Source of the DNA: Takakia lepidozioides | Taxonomy: Eukaryota; Plantae; Bryophyta | Assembly: GCA_030704615.1 (NCBI GenBank) | Contig: CM060732.1 | Coordinates: 60,698,001 to 60,762,000 of the forward strand | Direction of reading: 5' to 3' | Length of the DNA: 64,000 nucleotides | In this document: positions 37,601-50,900 of the stretch, piece after piece | How positions within the stretch are numbered: position 1 is the stretch's first letter | Layout: every line of letters starts with the position of its first letter | Program-made: the position numbers and the translations under genes | Notes under the pieces: generated by a model | The model's database searches: none | Seen by the model: the letters and a program-made list of their open reading frames with translations, nothing else | Told to the model about the DNA's origin: nothing

Positions 37601-40600
37601 GCTGGTTTCAAGATGATGGATTTCTGTTGGTCGAAAGTTGTTTTTTTTTTTTCCGGGGCAAGATACGATCGTCGAGAAAGAGCATCGGGTTTCCCTTGAA
37701 GATGTATGGGACGATAGGTAATAACAAAATCAAATCTTGCTAGTGACACACCTCATCTTGCTTGACATCGATTCAAAACATGAGCACTCATAAAATATTC
37801 GAGGTTTTTGTGATCGGTGTAGACAATGACCTAATGTTTAGCTCTCTCCAATCGATGACGTCACTCCTCAAAAACATCGATGATCGCTAGAAGTTCTTTG
37901 TCATGGATTTTATAATTGATCTCTGCAGCGGAAAATTTGCGAGAACGAAAACCAACAGGGTGAAGTCGGCCATCCGTACCGTATTGATATAGTATAGCGT
38001 CGAGTGCAAAGTCCGATGCATCTGCTTCCAAAAAGAATGGTTTAGATGGGTCTGCATGTATCAGTATTGAAGCCGTTGTAAATGTCTGCTTCAGCCTTTC
38101 AAATGTCTGATCAGCCTTCTCTTCCCATACAAATTTATCCTTCCATATGAGTCGTGTTAATGGTGCAGCAATTTTGGAGTAGTCCTTGATGAAGCTCCTA
38201 TAGAAATTTGCAAATCCCAGAAAACATTGTACATCTTGGACCGAAGTTGGTTTAATCCACTCGATGATGGTTTGTATTTTCTTCTGATCCATAAACACGC
38301 CTTTGTCGGAAATAATGTAGCCCAGAAATTCGACCTCAGATTGATGGAAAAGACATTTTGTCAACTTGACATATAGTCATCTCTCTTAATTTATCAAGGA
38401 CAAGGCGTACATGGCGGCCATGTTCTTCTTCATTCTGTGAAAATATCAAAATGTCGTCCAAATAGATGACTAAAAAGTCATCTAAAAAATTCTCGAAAGA
38501 TGTCATTCATCATATATTGGAAAATTGTTGGAGTATTTGTAAGACCGAAAGGCATAGCACTGTATTCAAAATGTCCATACCTTGTTCGAAAAGTTGTTTT
38601 TTATTCGTCTCCTTCTTCTATCCGTACAAGGTTATATGCTCATCTCAAGTCAATTTTGGTGAAAATCTTCGCTCGTCCCAGCTGGTCAAGAAGCCTAGAA
38701 ACTAGCGGCAACGGATAACGATTTTTAATTGTGACTTTGTTGAGACCGCGATAGTCTACACACATGCGTAATGGTCCTTTTTTTTCACAAACAAGATAGG
38801 CGCCCCCGCAGGAAATTTTGAATGTCGGATGAAGTTCTTCGACAAATTTTCATCAATGTACTCACGTAATGTAGCCAACTCCATCTGGGATAAGTTATAG
38901 ATTGGGCCGAATGGTGGTCGGGCTCCTTCTTGTAACTCAATTGCACAGTCATAAGGTCGATGTTCTGGCAATATGTCTACATTTTTCTTCTCGAAGACAT
39001 CCTTGAAATCTTGATATTGAGTGGGTAATGTTGAAGTGCATTTGTCTGTTGTGGTCTTGATTGGAGTCGCATAAAATGCAAATGTCGCATCCTTTTTGGT
39101 AGCTCTCATGAAAGCTCTACCTCCAAGGAACAGGGGTTGAATACCTTTGATATTTCTACATTTTTGTCTTGCAGAAATTTTCGCGATCGTCAGTCGATGT
39201 CAAGATTGTGAAGTACGAACCAGGGAAGTCCAAAGATCACAGGATTCGTTGGAGACTGGATGACGTTGAAAATAATGTGATGCTTGATCTTCAAGCTTCA
39301 CTTCAAATGGTCGAGTTTCATCATTCATGGTCAACATTTCCTGATGCTAACGGTCGTTCATCGATGACTTCAACGGGGGCCGATAGTTTCTTTTTTACGA
39401 GCGTTAAATTGTGTTGTTTCGCAAAGTTTTTGTCAATAAAACATGCTGAAGCCTCTAAGTCCAAAATGCTTTTACAGAGATATCTCGATTTTGCACTCTG
39501 ATTTTTACCGGAACTGTGTAGGGTCTGGAGGTAAAAAGAGACATTTTTTTGGTGAGGAATTTGTGGTGTCCAGCCGCATGGTCCCTACTGTAACTGGACA
39601 TCTTCGTTTTCCGACTCCTCGTATCGAACACTTCAGTTGCGCCTTGAGCTTTGAATCTTCTCTTGTTGGGACAGTTTAATGCTATATGATCTTTTTCTCC
39701 GCAATAGAGGCATAATCTATTCACGCGCCGTCGTTGGTTTTCTTGTGGCGTCAATGGTTTGCATCGGATAACAATAATCTGCATAGGATCACTACCGGAT
39801 GACTGATGAATCGTTGTGTTTGGTGCCATAGTAGCAGCGGCATGATGCATCGTCGACCATCCAGATCACTTCTCTTGACGTCTTTCAAACAAACGATTAT
39901 CGCATGCAATGACTTGGGTAATGAATTCGCTCAGTGTGCTCACGTTTGGCATTGTCAGCAACAAACCTTTTACATCATCTTTTAGTCCACATCGAAACTG
40001 ACTAATGAGGCTCTTTTCATTCCAATCGAGGTCGCACGCAAGTTGTCAAAATTCGGCAGCATAAACGGAAGCAGGACGTGTTCCTTGTCGAAGATTTCGT
40101 ATCTTTGTCTCTGCAACTCTCTCTCTATCATTCTCTCCAAACGTTGCAGTGAACTCGGACATGAATGCTTCAAAATTGTATAGTAAATGTGATTTTTTTT
40201 TAATAGCAGTGCAAACCTAAATAGAACAGTGCCTGATAGAATGATGCCCACGAATCCCACTTGAATACCTTCATCGGGGTAGCGTTGTGGATGTAGTCGT
40301 AGGAACAGTCGTATTTGTTGAACAAAACCGCGAAATCTTGATCTCGTCCCATCAAATTTCTCAGGCACGCTGATCTTTGGTTCTCTCGTAATCTGTTGAA
40401 GAGGAACCGTTGCAGTAGGAATTGTTGCATTAGAGACTCGTATGGTTGAAGATCCATTGTTCGACTCCTTTAACTCTGAAATTTGTTGTTGCAAATTGTG
40501 GAGAACGTTGTCAAGATCTTGAAACTGATCAGTTTGTAATTGGGCGGTAGAGGTACGAAGTTCGAAGCTGAAGACTCTGCAATGTGATGACCATTTCCAC

Positions 40601-40640
40601 AAATGTGCGTTCCATCTTAACTAACTAGGGAACAAACTTT

Positions 40641-40651
40641 AGTCTCGCCAA
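40641..40651 (-). promoter_or_regulatory. Primer-binding site, apparently self-priming type
   Basis: Minus-strand TTGGCGAGACT lies 2 nt inside the 5' LTR boundary and is complementary to AGTCTCGCCAA (40942-40932, minus), about 30 nt downstream of the LTR TATA. Confidence 0.75.
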
Positions 40652-40653
40652 AC

Positions 40654-41236
40654 TATCAAGGACGAGAACACGACTGAACGCAAACAAGATATCAGACTAG
40701 AGGTACAAGACTAGACAAGAAGTCAAGGTCGGCGTGGCCGAATGCATGATGGGTAAACATGAATCAAGATGATCTTTATAACAATGGACAAGAGTACAAG
40801 ATACTGGAACTCGACTCGAATACTGGAATGCTGGAAACTGGATTGGGGTACTAAATATTGGAAACTGGACTAGAGTACTGGAAGCTGGACTGGAGTACTG
40901 GGACTAGGAACAAGAGTAGCTTGAACTTATGTTGGCGAGACTGAAGAGTGTCCAGTCTCGCTTCCTATATATACTGACTACTAGGAATTTCCCTAAGAAG
41001 CTTCCCCAATGGAGGTTTCTTGATGGAGAAGTTTCCTTAAACAAAGATTTCTTGATGGAGAAGTTTCCTCCAAATGAAGGTTCCTGAGCAGTTTCCCAAA
41101 TTATTCTCGGTACTTTGGTAAACTCCCGGTAACTTAGTAACTAATGGTAATTAATGGTAAATTATAGTAATTCATGGTAACTTGATAACTTCTGGTATTT
41201 ACCCCTGGTAAGTTTATCTGGATTATGTCCGTGACA
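40654..41236 (-). repeat. 5' LTR of the chromovirus (~583 bp), TATA box at ~40966-40973 on the minus strand
   Basis: Aligns to the split LTR; has an extra copy of TTTCTTGATGGAGAAGTTTCCT; inner terminus mutated (TA instead of TG on +). Confidence 0.92.
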
Positions 41237-41499
41237 AGGGGTAGTAATGTTCGGAGAACGGAGTACAAGCTGAGGAGCCTGAATTTCTAGTATTGGGGCA
41301 AGGTCCCCGGGAGGCCGAGGGGAACAAGATGGGAACCAACTACATAGATAGGGGGTGATATGTTGGGTAAGGGCACGCAGTCTTCTATGGGGTGCGATTC
41401 AACCTCTTTTCCACGCCGTTTTGCTACGGAGTATAAGGTGTAGAAAATTGATGTTGTTCATTCCATGGCTTTTGAGAAAAAGTTGCAACAACATTTGAT

Positions 41500-41900
41500 C
41501 TGTGCTCTCGGCCTCCACTATCGTTGTCTTGTAGTTGTCATGCATCACAAAGTGTCATCACATCATTAGCAGAAGTGGCAGAAGAGATATTGTTGACTCC
41601 CACAAGAGACACATAGAGAAAGTGGAAACAACCCTATGTGTCAGCCACATGCATTAACAACCTTGTTGCTGCCCAATGCCGTACAAGACATCCTTAAAAA
41701 CCCCATCCACGATGAACTGTCATGGTGACCTCAACATCTCCCATGCCAATAGCTTCAAGTGTTGTGTCGTCTCCGTGTAGATTCTCAAGGATGAAATTTC
41801 CTTGTATCCCTTGAGCCAATCTCTTTTGTGACACAAATGCATGGAGGCTCCAGAGTCTATGAACCAGACATCAATGTCCCAAGTAGCTAATACTGCTGAC
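41500..41900 (-). mobile_element. Degenerate Copia protease-region fragment
   Basis: WFIDSGASMHLCHKRDWL aspartic protease motif; frameshifted downstream. Confidence 0.75.
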
Positions 41901-42059
41901 GCAAATGCTTTGGCACTCTCCAAACTACATTTAGTTGTGACTGAGTAGATTGTGATGGATTCTGATGACTTAGGAGGTGTATATAGTTTAAATGAGAACT
42001 TTAGAGTACCACTGTTTATATAGGGCACCTAGGTCTTAGAGTTAGCCAGATGCATCCTC

Positions 42060-42340
42060 CATCGTAGATGTGTGCGTACGAGATATTGGGCTAAAGCAGT
42101 GAATACAGCTTCTTATCTCCGAGCAAGGAGTCCTCACAAAGTAGTGACGAACATTACTCTAGAGGAATTGTAGAGCGGAAAAAAACTAACTCTGATGCAC
42201 TTAAGGATTTTGGCTGCCCCGTTTATGCTCACAAACCAAGTCAAATGAGAACTAAGCTTGAGCCCAAAAATACAAAATGTATCATTGTGGGTTACAATAT
42301 GGATCCCAAGGCTTACAGACTTATGTAGCAGTCGCTACAA
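42060..42340 (+). mobile_element. Degenerate Copia integrase C-terminal fragment
   Basis: WAKAVNTASYLRARSP..LRIFGCPVYAH..RTKLEPK..CIIVGY..KAYRL with a stop and a frameshift. Confidence 0.82.
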
Positions 42341-43689
42341 GAAGATTGATTCACTACAACAGATTGACCATTTGACGATGTTTGAGAAACAACATGCTTA
42401 ACACCTCTATCATGTATGACTTATTTATAGAAAATCTTAGAATCAAAGATTCTCCGGTTCTGATTTTTTAATATATATTTTTTGTGGAAAACACCACCGG
42501 TTCCGGTTAATTGTAATAACCTCAAAGAACCGGCGATTTTCATCAAATAACCAACGGGTCTTTGGTGGATCTTTGACCATTTTCAGGCGGGTTATGTCAA
42601 AACCTCGTAACCAACAGATATGCGTCTTTGCCGATTCTTTGGTTTTTTGAGAATTGTGGTTATATATCTACATAATTTTCTTGACAACCTCTGGGGGTTT
42701 GTGGCTGAATCAAAGAACTTCCCAACATTGCTCTACACCCTCAAACAATGGAATGCCCCCCTGGACCTGCCCTTCCCCAAACCACCAATCGCGTTTCACA
42801 ATATAATCAAAGAGTTAGTAATTGTATTACTTAAGTAAGAGCATGACCATCGTTTGCTCACTAAACTGCCGCTTTATCACTATTTTAGTGAGGCATATGG
42901 TGAGGCACACAAGCTAGATAGTGCGTGGGCTGGCAAGAGCCCCAACAACAACCTACCATATCCATAGTAGAGTAATGCCGCAAGGCTGAGGTGGTGACCA
43001 TGGCCCCGCCACCCGAGGCCTTAGCAAGAAGAGACTTGGAGTCCATTTGACCAAGGAGTTGTTGTGAGGGGTAGCGGATCATGTGGTTATGCGGGAGAAT
43101 GTTGCTCTACAAGCGCGCTGTAGCGATAGTAAAGAGACACCATAATTTACGCTTCCTTGGGGAGGCGTCATATATTATTATGCGGGAGTGGGACGAAATT
43201 TGGTGAGGGTCACTATTTTAGGGACGCACGATCCCGTCCAAAATTGGCGGCCGCGCCATTTCGAAGATAGAGCGCCAAAAAACCCTGCTGTTGGTCATGC
43301 TCTAATAAACTTTTTTTTTTTTTTTTTTTTCTTAAAGAAAAGGGGGATTGTAGCCCTGATCAATTTTATTGTAAATTGTTTTTGGTGGGCATGAAGCCCT
43401 TAGGCCCCGGCCGCACCGCGCTGCTAGCGTAGAACACCTGCTAACGGCTTAGCAGGCCCGTTTTCATGATAGCTACTCCAACTAACATTATCGCTGCCGC
43501 ACTGAAAAATTACCGTAACAAATGTTAGCGCAAAATTTTAGTCTTAAGCCATCGTTCGCTGCCCGTGCCCGTTTTCCCTCGCCACGTCTGCTCGCCAGTT
43601 TTCCTGGCTCTCCTCCTTCATCTACGCCATAGCCAAGGTTAACCGGTTTGCTCTTTGCATTGGCAGGCCAGCGATCAGTAGAATACTTG

Positions 43690-44222
43690 GGCTTCGGCGT
43701 AGTCCTTGAAAAAGGTTGTCTCGTCTAGGGCATACTTCTCTGCATAGGTTCTGAAGTCTGGGTCATCAAAGAGGACGGCATCAATGGGTAGAACCAATAA
43801 GTCCTCGTCTTTCTTCTCCTTGATCTCTCTTAAGTATGAGTTGTCAAACTTGAGCTATTCTGGTGTCCATGAACTACATCCAGGCAATCCAGGCCCGTCT
43901 TTTGTATACTTGGTGACAGGTTTCTCCCAACAACTACCCTCAGGCCGCGAGCGTCCCACTGTGTGCGCACCTGACAAAGCCACAATCTCCCTATCACCTA
44001 CGCCCATTCGATAGAACACATTGCGAAGATGGGATGTAGGACTTGGAGGACCGGCGTCAGGTAGATTACCCTCTTTGATACAATCTTCATGAGGTCCAGA
44101 TGTATCAATATGTCCGTACTTCATTAATTTTCGGGGCCCCTGCATCCTCAATGGCAGTGGCGCTTGCAAGCTGGAAAAGATCTGCATCTGGGAAACTTCT
44201 TTTTCACTGGCTCAAGCAGCTT
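43690..44222 (-). pseudogene. Intronless internal fragment of chloroplastic (stromal/thylakoid) ascorbate peroxidase
   Basis: [103 protein letters not shown]; premature stop, frameshifts, no introns. Confidence 0.9.
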
Positions 44223-44902
44223 CCTTCTCTTTGAACCCAATGGCAGTGAGCAAGAGGAACTACGAAGCAGCGCGAGAGAGGGAACGCGAAGGAGAAGGAG
44301 AGGCGAAAATGGCGAAACTGCAAAATGGCCTGGGCAGCTGCCCGAAAACGGCGCGCCAGTTTAGATTTTGCACTAGGGGGGGAGGTACTGCTAAAAGTCG
44401 CCATAAACTATGAAGGATTAGTTAATAGTAGATAACAATAGTTAGGGCTAAAACATTTAAAGCAGGCCAGTGCGGCCGCACTTTTGCAGTTAGCAGTAGT
44501 TAGGCACTAGCCTAACATACGTTAGCAATTATACAAATTATTTGGGATTATTCAGGGAACAAGTTAAAGTTTCAGGGCTACTTCCTTCTTGCACAAAATA
44601 AAAAAATAAAAAATCTTTCCCCGCTTGAAAACATCATCCTGTACAATTGATGACTCTACCGTAGCCGCGGCCCTGAGTAGCTTCAATGAACTTTATAAAA
44701 ACAAAAACTTAAATAGTTAAATTGAATGATTTAGTTCATACTGGATGACGATGTATACAAGCCATGGATGAATAAAGTGGTCAAAGTGGGATAATTGGTG
44801 ATGATTTATTGACGTAGTCTCGTAGGCACATCCAGCGAAAGAAGTCTACAGAATTTGCATGAGAGAGAAAGAGAGAGAGAGAGAGGTAAGTGAAGGAAAG
44901 AG

Positions 44903-47900
44903 ATGGCAGGCAGCAAGGATGAAGAGCACAAGCCTGGTGCACGCGAGGGCTCCATGCTCTTTCACACGTTTTGGCATTTAATGTGTATTCTCCTTAACTC
45001 TCTCGGTTTTCCCATTTCCACACTCGTCACAGGTTTCTGCCATGTAGATTGTCGGATATCTTGCTTGCTAGCATCGCTGCTCTGTTTCTCTGCAGTGTCC
45101 GCATTATCTGTATATGTGGCATATACAATTCGGTTCAATTTTCAGTTCTGGTAAACTGATGTGAATATTGTATGCCGTGCATGCCACTTTGGTTTAACGA
45201 TTATTAGGGTTGGTTTCTCGCGTGTGCGATCAGAATTTTTGTTTATATCAATTTCAAACTAAGCACTTAGAGATTTTACTCCACACCTCCTTGGCAGTTG
45301 CGAGAGGGAGTCTCAACACTGACATAGTATCAAATATGTTGACTGCAGTTAAAATCTAGCTACATTTTGCACGTTTTTGAGTGGTGGATTAATACCAGGT
45401 TCTTCAAGAGAGGATGCGAAAAGTTAGGGAGTGCACACTTGAAAGACAGAAAATGGGGGATTGGTGGGACCAGTGTCGCAGGTATCCTCACGGTTGATCT
45501 CCTTTGTACTGAATGTCTTGGTGGCACGTCGCCTCTCTCCTGAAGAATTCGGGGTATGCTTATGAACATCATATCACGTCTGCTTGCCACTTGGTTTTGA
45601 GCAGATGATTACTATTTATTGCAGTTTTCTTCTTTCTGGGAATGAGATCCCTGTCTCTATCTCCAAGACCGGCAGCAACCAAGGCATCTTCTATTGCCCT
45701 CACCATGAGTCTTGGCACAGAATTTTGCAAAGTATTGAATCAGGACCCTGGTGTTGATATGATCTGGCTGCTCATTCCACTAGTTATTACTCATCTATTG
45801 TCGCATTTTTTTGAAGGCTTCTTCTTTATCTGTCTGGTGCAGGTATCAGCTGTTCAGTTTCACCTCTTCACAACGACTGTGCTCTTCATCAGTCGGGAAG
45901 GATTTCGCAGAGGCTGCCTACGTGGGAATGTTGGGTATGGTCAGTTGCTCTCATAGAATCGTTCCATATTTCTGCGTCATTCGTCCCATGTCAGTCACAA
46001 AGTCTATATCGTTCAATCACAACTTATAACAATCAACTACATCACTATTGCTTCTATGTTCTGTTTGTGAAGTGATGTCATTAATGTGGAGCACTGCAAT
46101 GATCCATTGTGGGACACTAATGACCAATTGGGCCATTTTGTTGGTCCAGAAAAGTGAATTTGTTGTTGTTTGGTTTGGATTTATACTCAATGCTTGAAAC
46201 TCTTTTGCTTGATTAGATAATGATCTGTAGTGCGTTGTTAACGCTGTTCAGTGTTTACAGACAGGGGGCCTCAGAAGCAGACGGTGCCTCAAGGATTTTG
46301 GCAGTAGCATGGCTTACGATGCCGGTGGGAGTGGTCCTTTCATTGACATCATGTGCAGTTGTCATCCATTGGCAAGGCCTTGATTTCTCCCAAGACTACG
46401 CGCGTTCTATTGCGGTGCTCGGTAAGCATTTCATCTGAATTCGCTTCTTTATGACAATTATATGCAATGGGATTGCAGGTTAGAGCTAGGCCTCAGTATT
46501 AACATGCTTTCGATCTGTGTCCCCAGCATTGGAATGTGGCCTAGGAATTAGACAACTTTCATGTTTACCCAAAGAATGTACTCATGACTCTCCATGTAAA
46601 GGTTGGAATGACGGCACTGTCCCAGTGGGAAACCATCCCAGAACTAGTGGCTATTTCTTGCCTTCATAGTTTTCTGCCTCTGTTTATCCTTTTTGCTTTC
46701 TCATAAAGTTGATCTTGGGCCTTACCCTTTCCATCTCATAAATTAAAATAGTGTAAATAAACTTACAAAACATGTTTATATGTCTGTGGGAGGCCGAAAG
46801 GGCCAAGAGAGAACAAATAGATTGGAGAACCACAGAAACTGAGCAGTATATTAAAATACAGAGAGAATGAGACTTTATAACAGGGCCCGGGCAGATGGGA
46901 CAACAGTACATAAAGAGAAGGGGGGGCAGAGGGTGGGTTCACCGCTTATCATCACTTCGTCTTCATGCTGTAACAGAGTAACTGCTAATGGTAATCTTAT
47001 GTATAATGACTGGCTCTATGAGGAAGGTCGCCTCTGCAGGATTTTGCGGCAAATAATTAAATCAACTTGTTTTTTGTTTTATGGGAGGAATAGAACAGGG
47101 ATCGCAGCGGTGCTGGAGATAGGGAGTGAGCCTTTATACATTCTAGGCCAGCACTTGCTGCTGCTGCGGTTGCGAGTGGGCATCGAAGCTGTGGCCACAC
47201 TAGCACGATGCAGTGTCACTTACCTTCTCCTTGTTCGCGGCATTGGACTGGTGCTCTCTCACTATCTCTTTCTGTCTTTGTTTTTCTGTGGTTTCTTTTG
47301 TTCTATTGATGTCCCATGGGCCCTCATGGTCCTCATGGGGAGTTATAAAGCAGCTTCCTTCTCTCTACTGAAGTGTAGAAGTGGACGGCCTACCCTCTAT
47401 AATGGTAAGTTAACCCAGGTGAGGACAAGGGAAACCTTGTGCTTGCTTGGTAGGGCTGATGGTCGAGACTGTATACATTCCCTAATGGAGTGTAACACTA
47501 TATTTTCTGCATGAGAGGCCCTCTTTGAAAGCATTAAAAGACTTTCATTGCTTCTCTATGTGCTCAGTTTGAGAAATGTGGGACAAGGCTGGAAGCTGGG
47601 ACCCTCCTTGGGTCTCAGTTTCCGGGTTGAGCAGTGGAATCAGATGGATGCTATGGTTAGGAGCTTCCTTGGCTGGGAAGGTCTTAATTGACTGTATTCC
47701 CTTGCATACATTCCTTAACTGGAGTGAGCCTGTAGTGATGGTGCAGTCTGTGACTGCAAAGCTACAACAAGCATAAACTCCATCTGCCACTGGATCAAAA
47801 GCATCTCTTCGGTTTTTGAGACTTGATGCTTAAGTCATTACTAATAATTTGTCTTGCTGAATGTGACATGTTCTAGTTCATGGTTGCTGTAGGGTGGAGG

Positions 47901-50900
47901 GCTGGTGTTTGCTTATGCTCAATTAGCGTATGGGGCATGCTTGCTCCTTGGTTACTGGTCCTACTTTCTTCTATTCAGTAATCCCCAAGCTCAAGATCCA
48001 TACAGCGAAGCAAAACCTGTTTCTCAACTTTTTCCCTTCAGGTAATGTCCCTTCTCTCCTTCATTGCCGTGCTTATGCGTAAACTGAGCACTGTCATGAA
48101 CATTTATCCCTTTAGCTCACATCTCACATGTCAGCAGTCTGCAAGGGGTACTTTTTGAGCACCAGGGGGGTTACATCCACTAGTAAGGTTTACTGTCGTT
48201 TGGGCACCTTCTCAACTATCGTTAACCAGGTCTTCGCTAGAGGGTTCCCACCCACGAAAGGAGGCAGTAGCTGTTAGGTGAAGTGGCTCTCAGTTATGCC
48301 AGTTGTGGCTGGCATCTTCTCTCTCTACTATAGGTTTATTTTGCATTGAACATCTGACAGTTGAATCGGGTTCCAGCATGAGTAGAATATGTCCTCTAAA
48401 TACAGCAGGTGCACTTACGTTGCACTTGATTTGTGAAAAAGCTGTTATTTCGCTTGAGGGTGCAGAAAGCAGAGGGGGAGACCAGTGCTTGATCGTGTGC
48501 TTGTCAATCTATGTGCGATGTTCACGTTTCAGTCACTGCAGAAGCTGGTGCTCCAAGAAGGGGAGAAGTTTGTGCTTGTGCTGCTTGACACACCCTACAA
48601 TCAGGGTGTCTATGGACTGGTTGATAAACTAGGCAGGGCCTCTTCTTGTTGCTTCATCTAGTTGTATTCATATCTCACTCTCGCTTCTTTTTGTGGTTGT
48701 CTACTACTGTCTATTCTCACTCAAGACTGCCAGATACAGTGGCTTTGTTTCTGCACACACAGATATTCACATATAAGATCCATGGCAAGTTCAAAGAGCT
48801 GATGGTACAAGAATCTAAGTAAACCATGTGGGTGGGAGGGCAGGCAGCTTAGTGGTGCGGTCACTCTTCCAACCGTTTGAGGAGAGTGCCTTCACTATGT
48901 TTGCCAAGGCAGCATCCACTGCAGCTGATGAAGGTATTTTCTTTGTTCGCTTCCAAAATCTGAAGCCCCAATCCAAGTGCGGCATAATTATCTTTGGTGG
49001 TGCCACAACATTGCCTTTCGCATCAGAATATGTATATATACACCTGTAGATTAATTAATTATACAACGAGCATTGTTGAGTTAATAACAAAATGTGTCAT
49101 AGGATGCACCTCTAAGCAACATCGGATACTTCTATTCAAGAGGATGTCGAAGAGTTTCAGGTTGTTATTTGTATGGGTGGCGACAGACAGGCCTGCCAGT
49201 CATAAACGTGGGATTGAGCGCATTCTGTTGGTCGCAATGAAGCTTGTCAATCTGATTGGTAAGTCAACCCTTGTCACATAGCCTGCTATAGGCTATAAAA
49301 AATTTGGGTGATGACTATCCGAGGCACCATATGACCCCCTTTGTAGCAAAGTCAGTTTTTGTCTTTGAATGATTTCAGGATATAGGGTGGTCAATGGAAG
49401 GTACCTGTGTTTCCTCTTCATAGTAGGTGTTCCTGGTTCTGTGTTACTGTGGGCAAGAGACCGAGTGTTATTGAACGCATGTGTATGGTTGTGATGTGCC
49501 CCTCAACCCAGGCTGTTTAGAGGGTTGTTGAGGAAGTAGGGGAGGGAGATGGAGAGATACGGCATGTTTGGTTTTGAAAATGCAGGATTGGTGTTTTCTC
49601 ACAGAAAGTGATACATACTGTCTACTTTGCTGCATTGACAAAGCCTGGATGGAAACAACGAGAGCTACACCAACAAAAGCAAAGATTAGACATGCTGGGG
49701 AGGGAACTGACGTGGGGATGGCCTACGCAGGGTTGGTGTTTGTCACTTTTGGTCCAAGCTACTCATACGTGCTGCTGCGTCTGCTCTATACAAGAAAGTT
49801 GAGCGACACTGATGCCCCTGCTGCCCTTGGTTGCTACTGCATCTATGTGCTGGCTCTTGCATTGAATGGTATGCCCTCACGAGAGGCCTGCCTTCCTTTG
49901 AGGCCACCGCCCTGACGCTAGAGATTGTTCTTTTTTCTCTTGCTCTCTCCACCCTGCTGTGTCTCATGAGCTCTTTCTGGGCCTCCCATGATTGCAATGG
50001 GGTTTCTGCTCTCACTAGTGCTGAAGTTAAAATCAGATCTTTTATTATGATCTCAATGCCAGCCTTGCTTCAATACCCAGTACCCTTTGACTTGAGCTCT
50101 GTGCCAGTTAGAGTGAGTGCACTTGTGAGAGAGATCTTCACGTGGGCTGGATCTAACTTTCATCTCAGTCTTGCGAAGAGCCTTTGAAATGTGTTGTGGA
50201 GTTGAAACACTAATTTATATCTTGAATGATAATGCCGTAGGTACAACGGAAGCATTCCTACATGCAGTGGTGACCAAGGCACAGCTTGCATGGTCCAATG
50301 CATGGCTCGTTGTATTTTCAGTCATCTACATGTGCAGCAGTGTTGTGCTGATTCGAGCTGCTCCATCAACAGGCCTTATTCTGGCAAATACCATCAGTAT
50401 CCATCATTCACTGCTATGAATCTGGTCTACTTGGCTTTGGGATTTCCCTATCTATAAGGTCAGCTTGGGGTTTTGCATCTTTTCTTATCTTCATCTGATG
50501 GCTGGGTGTCACAACTCCAGGCAGACAAAATCTGAAGGTTAGTGAGTATTTTCCAGTATGTTGTGAACTTTGGTCATCTAAGCCAATTTACAGCTTCATG
50601 GGAGTTCTGCTACAGGTCATTTCTCATCTTCACTGCAAATGGGATATCCTTGTGCCCACCCATGGTGGCAATGGAGACCCATATGGAGGGACATCAGAGC
50701 AGGATGTAGGAAGGAAAATGACTGCAGAGTATGGTTGCAGAAATAGCTAGAGCAATGGGCATCATCTGTTCAATCTCACATTGCATGTATTTGAGGTCTT
50801 AACTCCTCAAAGATATGGGAATGCGGATCATCTATTCAGTAACTTTCATCCGCCAATTCTTCAAGGTGGGTTAACCTGAGGGCCAAACTTTGTTTGTCGT

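Larger units (their letters stand above)
29962..41236 (-). mobile_element. Full-length but decayed Ty3/Gypsy chromovirus (Tf1/Tcn1-like) LTR retrotransposon, 5-bp TSD AGGGG
   Basis: AGGGG at 29957-29961 and 41237-41241; gag (PKISVPEKFDG, CLYCGEKDHIALNC), protease, RT ([10 protein letters not shown] ~38455), RNase H (FFLEADASDFAL), integrase (SMDFITDL, HPQIDGQTERVNQ), chromodomain (YEIDKVLDSR..EYFVHWKGY ~36240-36330); PPT AGAGGAGGGAGTGA at 35981-35994; many stops and frameshifts. Confidence 0.95.

Noticed and set aside
42430-43300. CCGGTT-rich and GC-rich segments resembling non-autonomous DNA elements
   Set aside because: Could not define termini, TSD or a second copy within the window
44204-44404. 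ORF MATFSSTSPPSAK.. as the APX transit peptide
   Set aside because: Lies in the inverted-repeat flank, is not in frame with the APX fragment, and the N-terminal catalytic region (RLxWHDA) is missing
48466-48485. AGAGGGGGAGACCAG as a G-rich acceptor pairing with the intron 5' end
   Set aside because: Frame analysis places the acceptor at 48465, so this sequence is exonic (RKQRGRP); excluded from the intron-pairing evidence
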